Of a stretch of DNA of 64,000 bases, positions 23,401 through 36,952 are shown in pieces. The DNA is from the human T2T-CHM13v2.0 reference genome, Homo sapiens, in NCBI RefSeq assembly GCF_009914755.1, contig NC_060937.1; one strand, written 5' to 3'. How positions within the stretch are numbered: the stretch's first letter is position 1; every line of letters begins with the position of its first letter. The position numbers and the translations under genes were made by a program. The notes under the pieces were generated by a model. It searched no databases, had not been told where the DNA came from, and was given only the letters and a program-made list of their open reading frames with translations.

Positions 23401-26400
23401 GAGTACACACATCACAAACTTGTTTCTCAGAATCCTTCTGTCTCGTTTTTATGGGAAGATATTTACTTTTTCACCGTAGGCATCAAAGCGCTCCAAATGT
23501 CCACATCCAGATACTCCAGAAAGAGTGTTTCAAACCTGCTCTATGAAAGGGAATCTTCAACTCTATGAGTTGAATGCAGACATCAGAAAGAAATTTCTGA
23601 GAATGCTGCTGTCTACCTTTTATTTGAACTCCCGCTTCCAACGAAATCCTCCAAGCTATCCAAATATCCACTTGCATTTTCCACAAAAAGAGTGCTTCAA
23701 AACTGCTCTATCAATAAATGTTCAACTCCTTTAGCTGGGTGCACACATCACAAACAAGTTTCTGAGAATGCTTCTGTCTAGTTTTTATGGGAAGACATTC
23801 CCTTTTTCACCAAAGGCATCAAAGCGCTCCAAATGTCCACTTCCAGACACTACAAAAAGAGTGTTTGCAACGTGCTCTAAGAAAGCGAATGTTCAACTCT
23901 GTGACTTGAATGCAGATATCACAAAGTAGTTTCTGAGAGGGCTTCTGTCTAGATTTTAGATGATGATATTCCCGTTTCCAACGAAATCATTAGAGCTATC
24001 CAAATATCCACTTACGGTTTCTACAAAAAGAGTGTTTCCAAACTGCTGCATCAAAAGAGAGGTTCCACTCTGTTAGCTGAGTACACACATCACAAACTTG
24101 TTTCTGAGAATCCTTCTGTGTCGATTTTATGGGAAGATATTTACTTTTTCACCGTAGGCATCAAAGCGCTCCAAATGTCCACATCCAGATACTCCAGAAA
24201 GAGTGTTTCAAACCTGCTCTATGAAAGGGAATCTTCAACTCTATGAGTTGAATGCAGACATCAGAAAGAAATTTCTGAGAATGCTGCTGTCTACCTTTTA
24301 TTTGAATTCCCGCTTCCAACGAAATCCTCCAAGCTATCCAAATATCCACTTGCAGATTCCACAAAAAGAGTGTTTCAAAACTGCTCTCTATCAATGGCAA
24401 AGTTCAACTCTGTTAGTTGAGGACACATATCACCAACAAGTTTCTGAGAATGCTTCTGTCTATTTTTTATGGGAAGATATTTCCTTTTTCACCGTAGGCG
24501 TCAAGGCGATCGAAATGTCCACTTCCACAAACTACAAAAAGAGTGTTTCAAACCTGCTCTATGAAAGGCCATGTTCATCTCTATGAGTCGAATGGAAATA
24601 TCCGAAAGAAATTTCTGGGAATGCTGCTGTCTAGTTTTTATACGAATTCCCGCTTCCAACGAAATCCTCAAAGCAATCCAAATATCCACTTGCAGAATCC
24701 ACAAAAAGAGTGTTTCAAAACTGCTCTATCAATAGAAAGGTTCAACTCTTTTAGTTGAGTACACACATCACAAACAAGTTTCTGAGAATGTTTCTGTCTG
24801 GCTTTTATTGGAAGACGTTTCCTTTTCACGAAAGGCATCAAAGCGCTCCAAATGTCCACTTCCAGATTCTTCCAAAAGAGTGTTTGAAACGTGCTCAAAG
24901 TAAGGGAATGTTCAACTCTGTGACTTGAATGCAGATATCACCAAGTAGTTTCTAATAGTGCTTCTGTCTAGATTTTAGATGATGATATTCCCGTTTCCAA
25001 CGAAATCGTTAGAGCTATCCAAATATCCACTTACAGTTGCTACAAAAAGAGTGTTTCCAAACTGCTGCATCAAAAGAAAGGTTCAACTCTGTTAGTTGAG
25101 GACACACATCACAAAGAAGTTTGTGAGAATGCTTCTGTCTAGATTTTGTATGACGATATTCCCTTTTCCAACGATATCGTTAAAGCAATCTAAATATCCA
25201 TTTGCAGAATCCACAAAAATAGAGTTTCAAAGCTGCTCTGTAAAAAGAAAGGTTCCACTCTGTTAGCTGAGTACACACATCACAAACTTGTTTCTCAGAA
25301 TCCTTCTGTCTCGTTTTTCTGGGAAGATATTTACTTTTTCACCGTAGGCATCAAAGCGCTCCAAATGTCCACATCCAGATACTCCAGAAAGAGTGTTTCA
25401 AACCTGCTCTATGAAAGGGAATCTTCAACTCTATGAGTTGAATGCAGACATCAGAAAGAAATTTCTGAGAATGCTGCTGTCTACCTTTTATTTGAATTCC
25501 CGCTTCCAACGAAATCCTCCAAGCTATCCAAATATCCACTTGCAGATTCCACAAAAAGAGTGTTTCAAAACTGCTCTCTATCAATGGCAAAGTTCAACTC
25601 TGTTAGTTGAGGACACATATCACCAACAAGTTTCTGAGAATGCTTCTGTCTATTTTTTATGGGAAGATATTTCCTTTTTCACCGTAGGCGTCAAGGCGAT
25701 CGAAATGTCCACTTCCACAAACTACAAAAAGAGTGTTTCAAACCTGCTCTATGAAAGGCCATGTTCATCTCTATGAGTCGAATGGAAATATCCGAAAGAA
25801 ATTTCTGGGAATGCTGCTGTCTAGTTTTTATACGAATTCCCGCTTCCAACGAAATCCTCAAAGCAATCCAAATATCCACTTGCAGAATCCACAAAAAGAG
25901 TGTTTCAAAACTGCTCTATCAATAGAAAGGTTCAACTCTTTTAGTTGAGTACACACATCACAAACAAGTTTCTGAGAATGCTTCTGTCTGGCTTTTATTG
26001 GAAGACGTTTCCTTTTCACCAAAGGCATCAAAGCGCTCCAAATGTCCACTTCCAGATTCTTCCAAAAGAGTGTTTGAAACGTGCTCAAAGTAAGGGAATG
26101 TTCAACTCTGTGACTTGAATGCAGATATCACCAAGTAGTTTCTAATAGTGCTTCTGTCTAGATTTTAGATGATGATATTCCCGTTTCCAACGAAATCGTT
26201 AGAGCTATCCAAATATCCACTTACAGTTTCTACAAAAAGAGTGTTTCCAAACTGCTGCATCAAAAGAAAGGTTCAACTCTGTTAGTTGAGGACACACATC
26301 ACAAAGAAGTTTGTGAGAATGCTTCTGTCTAGATTTTGTATGACCATATTCCCTTTTCCAGCGATATCATTAAAGCAATCTAAATATCCATTTGCAGAAT

Positions 26401-29132
26401 CCACAAAAATAGAGTTTCAAAGCTGCTCTGTAAAAAGAAAGGTTCCACTCTGTTAGCTGAGTACACACATCACAAACTTGTTTCTCAGAATCCTTCTGTC
26501 TCGTTTTTCTGGGAAGATATTTACTTTTTCACCGTAGGCATCAAAGCGCTCCAAATGTCCACATCCAGATACTCCAGAAAGAGTGTTTCAAACCTGCTCT
26601 ATGAAAGGGAATCTTCAACTCTATGAGTTGAATGCAGACATCAGAAAGAAATTTCTGAGAATGCTGCTGTCTACCTTTTATTTGAATTCCCGCTTCCAAC
26701 GAAATCCTCCAAGCTATCCAAATATCCACCTGCATTTTCCACAAAAAGAGCGTTTCAAAACTGCTCTATCAATAGAAATGTTCAACTCCTTTGGCTGGGT
26801 ACACACATCACAAACAAGTTTCTGAGAATGCTTCTGTCTAGTTTTTATGGGAAGACATTCCCTTTTTCACCAAAGGCATCAAAGCGCTCCAAATGTCCAC
26901 TTCCAGACACTACAAAAAGAGTGTTTCCAACGTGCTCTAAGAAAGCGAATGTTCAACTCTGTGACTTGAATGCAGATATCACAAAGTAGTTTCTGAGAGG
27001 GCTTCTGTCTAGATTTTAGATGATGATATTCCCGTTTCCAACGAAATCATTAGAGCTATCCAAATATCCACTTACAGTTTCTACAAAAAGAGTGTTTCCA
27101 AACTGCTGCATCAAAAGAGAGGTTCCACTCTGTTAGCTGAGTACACACATCACAAACTTGTTTCTCAGAATCCTTCTGTCTCGTTTTTCTGGGAAGATAT
27201 TTACTTTTTCACCGTAGGCATCAAAGCGCTCCAAATGTCCACATCCAGATACTCCAGAAAGAGTGTTTCAAACCTGCTCTATGAAAGGGAATCTTCAACT
27301 CTATGAGTTGAATGCAGACATCAGAAAGAAATTTCTGAGAATGCTGCTGTCTACCTTTTATTTGAATTCCCGCTTCCAACGAAATCCTCCAAGCTATCCA
27401 AATATCCACTTGCAGATTCCACAAAAAGAGTGTTTCAAAACTGCTCTCTATCAATGGCAAAGTTCAACTCTGTTAGTTGAGGACACATATCACCAACAAG
27501 TTTCTGAGAATGCTTCTGTCTATTTTTTATGGGAAGATATTTCCTTTTTCACCGTAGGCGTCAAGGCGATCGAAATGTCCACTTCCACAAACTACAAAAA
27601 GAGTGTTTCAAACCTGCTCTATGAAAGGCCATGTTCATCTCTATGAGTCGAATGGAAATATCCGAAAGAAATTTCTGGGAATGCTGCTGTCTAGTTTTTA
27701 TACGAATTCCCGCTTCCAACGAAATCCTCAAAGCAATCCAAATATCCACTTGCAGAATCCACAAAAAGAGTGTTTCAAAACTGCTCTATCAATAGAAAGG
27801 TTCAACTCTTTTAGTTGAGTACACACATCACAAACAAGTTTCTGAGAATGCTTCTGTCTGGCTTTTATTGGAAGACGTTTCCTTTTCACCAAAGGCATCA
27901 AAGCGCTCCAAATGTCCACTTCCAGATTCTTCCAAAAGAGTGTTTGAAACGTGCTCAAAGTAAGGGAATGTTCAACTCTGTGACTTGAATGCAGATATCA
28001 CCAAGTAGTTTCTAATAGTGCTTCTGTCTAGATTTTAGATGATGATATTCCCGTTTCCAACGAAATCGTTAGAGCTATCCAAATATCCACTTACAGTTTC
28101 TACAAAAAGAGTGTTTCCAAACTGCTGCATCAAAAGAAAGGTTCAACTCTGTTAGTTGAGGACACACATCACAAAGAAGTTTGTGAGAATGCTTCTGTCT
28201 AGATTTTGTATGACCATATTCCCTTTTCCAGCGATATCATTAAAGCAATCTAAATATCCATTTGCAGAATCCACAAAAATAGAGTTTCAAAGCTGCTCTG
28301 TAAAAAGAAAGGTTCCACTCTGTTAGCTGAGTACACACATCACAAACTTGTTTCTCAGAATCCTTCTGTCTCGTTTTTCTGGGAAGATATTTACTTTTTC
28401 ACCGTAGGCATCAAAGCGCTCCAAATGTCCACATCCAGATACTCCAGAAAGAGTGTTTCAAACCTGCTCTATGAAAGGGAATCTTCAACTCTATGAGTTG
28501 AATGCAGACATCAGAAAGAAATTTCTGAGAATGCTGCTGTCTACCTTTTATTTGAATTCCCGCTTCCAACGAAATCCTCCAAGCTATCCAAATATCCACC
28601 TGCATTTTCCACAAAAAGAGCGTTTCAAAACTGCTCTATCAATAGAAATGTTCAACTCCTTTGGCTGGGTACACACATCACAAACAAGTTTCTGAGAATG
28701 CTTCTGTCTAGTTTTTATGGGAAGACATTCCCTTTTTCACCAAAGGCATCAAAGCGCTCCAAATGTCCACTTCCAGACACTACAAAAAGAGTGTTTCCAA
28801 CGTGCTCTAAGAAAGCGAATGTTCAACTCTGTGACTTGAATGCAGATATCACAAAGTAGTTTCTGAGAGGGCTTCTGTCTAGATTTTAGATGATGATATT
28901 CCCGTTTCCAACGAAATCATTAGAGCTATCCAAATATCCACTTACAGTTTCTACAAAAAGAGTGTTTCCAAACTGCTGCATCAAAAGAGAGGTTCCACTC
29001 TGTTAGCTGAGTACACACATCACAAACTTGTTTCTCAGAATCCTTCTGTCTCGTTTTTCTGGGAAGATATTTACTTTTTCACCGTAGGCATCAAAGCGCT
29101 CCAAATGTCCACATCCAGATACTCCAGAAAGA

Positions 29133-32100
29133 GTGTTTCAAACCTGCTCTATGAAAGGGAATCTTCAACTCTATGAGTTGAATGCAGACATCAGAAAGAA
29201 ATTTCTGAGAATGCTGCTGTCTACCTTTTATTTGAATTCCCGCTTCCAACGAAATCCTCCAAGCTATCCAAATATCCACTTGCAGATTCCACAAAAAGAG
29301 TGTTTCAAAACTGCTCTCTATCAATGGCAAAGTTCAACTCTGTTAGTTGAGGACACATATCACCAACAAGTTTCTGAGAATGCTTCTGTCTATTTTTTAT
29401 GGGAAGATATTTCCTTTTTCACCGTAGGCGTCAAGGCGATCGAAATGTCCACTTCCACAAACTACAAAAAGAGTGTTTCAAACCTGCTCTATGAAAGGCC
29501 ATGTTCATCTCTATGAGTCGAATGGAAATATCCGAAAGAAATTTCTGGGAATGCTGCTGTCTAGTTTTTATACGAATTCCCGCTTCCAACGAAATCCTCA
29601 AAGCAATCCAAATATCCACTTGCAGAATCCACAAAAAGAGTGTTTCAAAACTGCTCTATCAATAGAAAGGTTCAACTCTTTTAGTTGAGTACACACATCA
29701 CAAACAAGTTTCTGAGAATGCTTCTGTCTGGCTTTTATTGGAAGACGTTTCCTTTTCACCAAAGGCATCAAAGCGCTCCAAATGTCCACTTCCAGATTCT
29801 TCCAAAAGAGTGTTTGAAACGTGCTCAAAGTAAGGGAATGTTCAACTCTGTGACTTGAATGCAGATATCACCAAGTAGTTTCTAATAGTGCTTCTGTCTA
29901 GATTTTAGATGATGATATTCCCGTTTCCAACGAAATCGTTAGAGCTATCCAAATATCCACTTACAGTTGCTACAAAAACAGTGTTTCCAAACTGCTGCAT
30001 CAAAAGAAAGGTTCAACTCTGTTAGTTGAGGACACACGTCACAAAGAAGTTTGTGAGAATGCTTCTGTCTAGATTTTGTATGACGATATTCCCTTTTCCA
30101 ACGATATCATTAAAGCAATCTAAATATCCATTTGCAGAATCCACAAAAATAGAGTTTCAAAGCTGCTCTGTAAAAAGAAAGGTTCCACTCTGTTAGCTGA
30201 GTACACACATCACAAACTTGTTTCTCAGAATCCTTCTGTCTCGTTTTTCTGGGAAGATATTTACTTTTTCACCGTAGGCATCAAAGCGCTCCAAATGTCC
30301 ACATCCAGATACTCCAGAAAGAGTGTTTCAAACCTGCTCTATGAAAGGGAATCTTCAACTCTATGAGTTGAATGCAGACATCAGAAAGAAATTTCTGAGA
30401 ATGCTGCTGTCTACCTTTTATTTGAATTCCCGCTTCCAACGAAATCCTCCAAGCTATCCAAATATCCACTTGCAGATTCCACAAAAAGAGTGTTTCAAAA
30501 CTGCTCTCTATCAATGGCAAAGTTCAACTCTGTTAGTTGAGGACACATATCACCAACAAGTTTCTGAGAATGCTTCTGTCTATTTTTTATGGGAAGATAT
30601 TTCCTTTTTCACCGTAGGCGTCAAGGCGATCGAAATGTCCACTTCCACAAACTACAAAAAGAGTGTTTCAAACCTGCTCTATGAAAGGCCATGTTCATCT
30701 CTATGAGTCGAATGGAAATATCCGAAAGAAATTTCTGGGAATGCTGCTGTCTAGTTTTTATACGAATTCCCGCTTCCAACGAAATCCTCAAAGCAATCCA
30801 AATATCCACTTGCAGAATCCACAAAAAGAGTGTTTCAAAACTGCTCTATCAATAGAAAGGTTCAACTCTTTTAGTTGAGTACACACATCACAAACAAGTT
30901 TCTGAGAATGCTTCTGTCTGGCTTTTATTGGAAGACGTTTCCTTTTCACCAAAGGCATCAAAGCGCTCCAAATGTCCACTTCCAGATTCTTCCAAAAGAG
31001 TGTTTGAAACGTGCTCAAAGTAAGGGAATGTTCAACTCTGTGACTTGAATGCAGATATCACCAAGTAGTTTCTAATAGTGCTTCTGTCTAGATTTTAGAT
31101 GATGATATTCCCGTTTCCAACGAAATCGTTAGAGCTATCCAAATATCCACTTACAGTTGCTACAAAAACAGTGTTTCCAAACTGCTGCATCAAAAGAAAG
31201 GTTCAACTCTGTTAGTTGAGGACACACGTCACAAAGAAGTTTGTGAGAATGCTTCTGTCTAGATTTTGTATGACGATATTCCCTTTTCCAACGATATCGT
31301 TAAAGCAATCTAAATATCCATTTGCAGAATCCACAAAAATAGAGTTTCAAAGCTGCTCTGTAAAAAGAAAGGTTCCACTCTGTTAGCTGAGTACACACAT
31401 CACAAACTTGTTTCTCAGAATCCTTCTGTCTCGTTTTTCTGGGAAGATATTTACTTTTTCACCGTAGGCATCAAAGCGCTCCAAATGTCCACATCCAGAT
31501 ACTCCAGAAAGAGTGTTTCAAACCTGCTCTATGAAAGGGAATCTTCAACTCTATGAGTTGAATGCAGACATCAGAAAGAAATTTCTGAGAATGCTGCTGT
31601 CTACCTTTTATTTGAATTCCCGCTTCCAACGAAATCCTCCAAGCTATCCAAATATCCACTTGCAGATTCCACAAAAAGAGTGTTTCAAAACTGCTCTCTA
31701 TCAATGGCAAAGTTCAACTCTGTTAGTTGAGGACACATATCACCAACAAGTTTCTGAGAATGCTTCTGTCTATTTTTTATGGGAAGATATTTCCTTTTTC
31801 ACCGTAGGCGTCAAGGCGATCGAAATGTCCACTTCCACAAACTACAAAAAGAGTGTTTCAAACCTGCTCTATGAAAGGCCATGTTCATCTCTATGAGTCG
31901 AATGGAAATATCCGAAAGAAATTTCTGGGAATGCTGCTGTCTAGTTTTTATACGAATTCCCGCTTCCAACGAAATCCTCAAAGCAATCCAAATATCCACT
32001 TGCAGAATCCACAAAAAGAGTGTTTCAAAACTGCTCTATCAATAGAAAGGTTCAACTCTTTTAGTTGAGTACACACATCACAAACAAGTTTCTGAGAATG

Positions 32101-35082
32101 CTTCTGTCTGGCTTTTATTGGAAGACGTTTCCTTTTCACCAAAGGCATCAAAGCGCTCCAAATGTCCACTTCCAGATTCTTCCAAAAGAGTGTTTGAAAC
32201 GTGCTCAAAGTAAGGGAATGTTCAACTCTGTGACTTGAATGCAGATATCACCAAGTAGTTTCTAATAGTGCTTCTGTCTAGATTTTAGATGATGATATTC
32301 CCGTTTCCAACGAAATCGTTAGAGCTATCCAAATATCCACTTACAGTTGCTACAAAAACAGTGTTTCCAAACTGCTGCATCAAAAGAAAGGTTCAACTCT
32401 GTTAGTTGAGGACACACGTCACAAAGAAGTTTGTGAGAATGCTTCTGTCTAGATTTTGTATGACGATATTCCCTTTTCCAACGATATCGTTAAAGCAATC
32501 TAAATATCCATTTGCAGAATCCACAAAAATAGAGTTTCAAAGCTGCTCTGTAAAAAGAAAGGTTCCACTCTGTTAGCTGAGTACACACATCACAAACTTG
32601 TTTCTCAGAATCCTTCTGTCTCGTTTTTCTGGGAAGATATTTACTTTTTCACCGTAGGCATCAAAGCGCTCCAAATGTCCACATCCAGATACTCCAGAAA
32701 GAGTGTTTCAAACCTGCTCTATGAAAGGGAATCTTCAACTCTATGAGTTGAATGCAGACATCAGAAAGAAATTTCTGAGAATGCTGCTGTCTACCTTTTA
32801 TTTGAATTCCCGCTTCCAACGAAATCCTCCAAGCTATCCAAATATCCACTTGCAGATTCCACAAAAAGAGTGTTTCAAAACTGCTCTCTATCAATGGCAA
32901 AGTTCAACTCTGTTAGTTGAGGACACATATCACCAACAAGTTTCTGAGAATGCTTCTGTCTATTTTTTATGGGAAGATATTTCCTTTTTCACCGTAGGCG
33001 TCAAGGCGATCGAAATGTCCACTTCCACAAACTACAAAAAGAGTGTTTCAAACCTGCTCTATGAAAGGCCATGTTCATCTCTATGAGTCGAATGGAAATA
33101 TCCGAAAGAAATTTCTGGGAATGCTGCTGTCTAGTTTTTATACGAATTCCCGCTTCCAACGAAATCCTCAAAGCAATCCAAATATCCACTTGCAGAATCC
33201 ACAAAAAGAGTGTTTCAAAACTGCTCTATCAATAGAAAGGTTCAACTCTTTTAGTTGAGTACACACATCACAAACAAGTTTCTGAGAATGCTTCTGTCTG
33301 GCTTTTATTGGAAGACGTTTCCTTTTCACCAAAGGCATCAAAGCGCTCCAAATGTCCACTTCCAGATTCTTCCAAAAGAGTGTTTGAAACGTGCTCAAAG
33401 TAAGGGAATGTTCAACTCTGTGACTTGAATGCAGATATCACCAAGTAGTTTCTAATAGTGCTTCTGTCTAGATTTTAGATGATGATATTCCCGTTTCCAA
33501 CGAAATCGTTAGAGCTATCCAAATATCCACTTACAGTTGCTACAAAAACAGTGTTTCCAAACTGCTGCATCAAAAGAAAGGTTCAACTCTGTTAGTTGAG
33601 GACACACGTCACAAAGAAGTTTGTGAGAATGCTTCTGTCTAGATTTTGTATGACGATATTCCCTTTTCCAACGATATCGTTAAAGCAATCTAAATATCCA
33701 TTTGCAGAATCCACAAAAATAGAGTTTCAAAGCTGCTCTGTAAAAAGAAAGGTTCCACTCTGTTAGCTGAGTACACACATCACAAACTTGTTTCTCAGAA
33801 TCCTTCTGTCTCGTTTTTCTGGGAAGATATTTACTTTTTCACCGTAGGCATCAAAGCGCTCCAAATGTCCACATCCAGATACTCCAGAAAGAGTGTTTCA
33901 AACCTGCTCTATGAAAGGGAATCTTCAACTCTATGAGTTGAATGCAGACATCAGAAAGAAATTTCTGAGAATGCTGCTGTCTACCTTTTATTTGAATTCC
34001 CGCTTCCAACGAAATCCTCCAAGCTATCCAAATATCCACTTGCAGATTCCACAAAAAGAGTGTTTCAAAACTGCTCTCTATCAATGGCAAAGTTCAACTC
34101 TGTTAGTTGAGGACACATATCACCAACAAGTTTCTGAGAATGCTTCTGTCTATTTTTTATGGGAAGATATTTCCTTTTTCACCGTAGGCGTCAAGGCGAT
34201 CGAAATGTCCACTTCCACAAACTACAAAAAGAGTGTTTCAAACCTGCTCTATGAAAGGCCATGTTCATCTCTATGAGTCGAATGGAAATATCCGAAAGAA
34301 ATTTCTGGGAATGCTGCTGTCTAGTTTTTATACGAATTCCCGCTTCCAACGAAATCCTCAAAGCAATCCAAATATCCACTTGCAGAATCCACAAAAAGAG
34401 TGTTTCAAAACTGCTCTATCAATAGAAAGGTTCAACTCTTTTAGTTGAGTACACACATCACAAACAAGTTTCTGAGAATGCTTCTGTCTGGCTTTTATTG
34501 GAAGACGTTTCCTTTTCACCAAAGGCATCAAAGCGCTCCAAATGTCCACTTCCAGATTCTTCCAAAAGAGTGTTTGAAACGTGCTCAAAGTAAGGGAATG
34601 TTCAACTCTGTGACTTGAATGCAGATATCACCAAGTAGTTTCTAATAGTGCTTCTGTCTAGATTTTAGATGATGATATTCCCGTTTCCAACGAAATCGTT
34701 AGAGCTATCCAAATATCCACTTACAGTTGCTACAAAAACAGTGTTTCCAAACTGCTGCATCAAAAGAAAGGTTCAACTCTGTTAGTTGAGGACACACGTC
34801 ACAAAGAAGTTTGTGAGAATGCTTCTGTCTAGATTTTGTATGACGATATTCCCTTTTCCAACGATATCATTAAAGCAATCTAAATATCCATTTGCAGAAT
34901 CCACAAAAATAGAGTTTCAAAGCTGCTCTGTAAAAAGAAAGGTTCCACTCTGTTAGCTGAGTACACACATCACAAACTTGTTTCTCAGAATCCTTCTGTC
35001 TCGTTTTTATGGGAAGATATTTACTTTTTCACCGTAGGCATCAAAGCGCTCCAAATGTCCACATCCAGATACTCCAGAAAGA
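29133..35082 (-). repeat. Run of 5 tandem 7-mer HORs
   Basis: Unit starts 29133, 30323, 31513, 32703, 33893. Confidence 0.93.
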
Positions 35083-36952
35083 GTGTTTCAAACCTGCTCT
35101 ATGAAAGGGAATCTTCAACTCTATGAGTTGAATGCAGACATCAGAAAGAAATTTCTGAGAATGCTGCTGTCTACCTTTTATTTGAATTCCCGCTTCCAAC
35201 GAAATCCTCCAAGCTATCCAAATATCCACTTGCAGATTCCACAAAAAGAGTGTTTCAAAACTGCTCTCTATCAATGGCAAAGTTCAACTCTGTTAGTTGA
35301 GGACACATATCACCAACAAGTTTCTGAGAATGCTTCTGTCTATTTTTTATGGGAAGATATTTCCTTTTTCACCGTAGGCGTCAAGGCGATCGAAATGTCC
35401 ACTTCCACAAACTACAAAAAGAGTGTTTCAAACCTGCTCTATGAAAGGCCATGTTCATCTCTATGAGTCGAATGGAAATATCCGAAAGAAATTTCTGGGA
35501 ATGCTGCTGTCTAGTTTTTATACGAATTCCCGCTTCCAACGAAATCCTCAAAGCAATCCAAATATCCACTTGCAGAATCCACAAAAAGAGTGTTTCAAAA
35601 CTGCTCTATCAATAGAAAGGTTCAACTCTTTTAGTTGAGTACACACATCACAAACAAGTTTCTGAGAATGCTTCTGTCTGGCTTTTATTGGAAGACGTTT
35701 CCTTTTCACCAAAGGCATCAAAGCGCTCCAAATGTCCACTTCCAGATTCTTCCAAAAGAGTGTTTGAAACGTGCTCAAAGTAAGGGAATGTTCAACTCTG
35801 TGACTTGAATGCAGATATCACCAAGTAGTTTCTAATAGTGCTTCTGTCTAGATTTTAGATGATGATATTCCCGTTTCCAACGAAATCGTTAGAGCTATCC
35901 AAATATCCACTTACAGTTTCTACAAAAAGAGTGTTTCCAAACTGCTGCATCAAAAGAAAGGTTCAACTCTGTTAGTTGAGGACACACGTCACAAAGAAGT
36001 TTGTGAGAATGCTTCTGTCTAGATTTTGTATGACCATATTCCCTTTTCCAGCGATATCATTAAAGCAATCTAAATATCCATTTGCAGAATCCACAAAAAT
36101 AGAGTTTCAAAGCTGCTCTGTAAAAAGAAAGGTTCCACTCTGTTAGCTGAGTACACACATCACAAACTTGTTTCTCAGAATCCTTCTGTCTCGTTTTTCT
36201 GGGAAGATATTTACTTTTTCACCGTAGGCATCAAAGCGCTCCAAATGTCCACATCCAGATACTCCAGAAGGAGTGTTTCAAACCTGCTCTATGAAAGGGA
36301 ATCTTCAACTCTATGAGTTGAATGCAGACATCAGAAAGAAATTTCTGAGAATGCTGCTGTCTACCTTTTATTTGAATTCCCGCTTCCAACGAAATCCTCC
36401 AAGCTATCCAAATATCCACCTGCATTTTCCACAAAAAGAGCGTTTCAAAACTGCTCTATCAATAGAAATGTTCAACTCCTTTGGCTGGGTACACACATCA
36501 CAAACAAGTTTCTGAGAATGCTTCTGTCTAGTTTTTATGGGAAGACATTCCCTTTTTCACCAAAGGCATCAAAGCGCTCCAAATGTCCACTTCCAGACAC
36601 TACAAAAAGAGTGTTTCCAACGTGCTCTAAGAAAGCGAATGTTCAACTCTGTGACTTGAATGCAGATATCACAAAGTAGTTTCTGAGAGGGCTTCTGTCT
36701 AGATTTTAGATGATGATATTCCCGTTTCCAACGAAATCATTAGAGCTATCCAAATATCCACTTACAGTTTCTACAAAAAGAGTGTTTCCAAACTGCTGCA
36801 TCAAAAGAGAGGTTCCACTCTGTTAGCTGAGTACACACATCACAAACTTGTTTCTGAGAATCCTTCTGTGTCGTTTTTATGGGAAGATATTTACTTTTTC
36901 ACCGTAGGCATCAAAGCGCTCCAAATGTCCACATCCAGATACTCCAGAAAGA

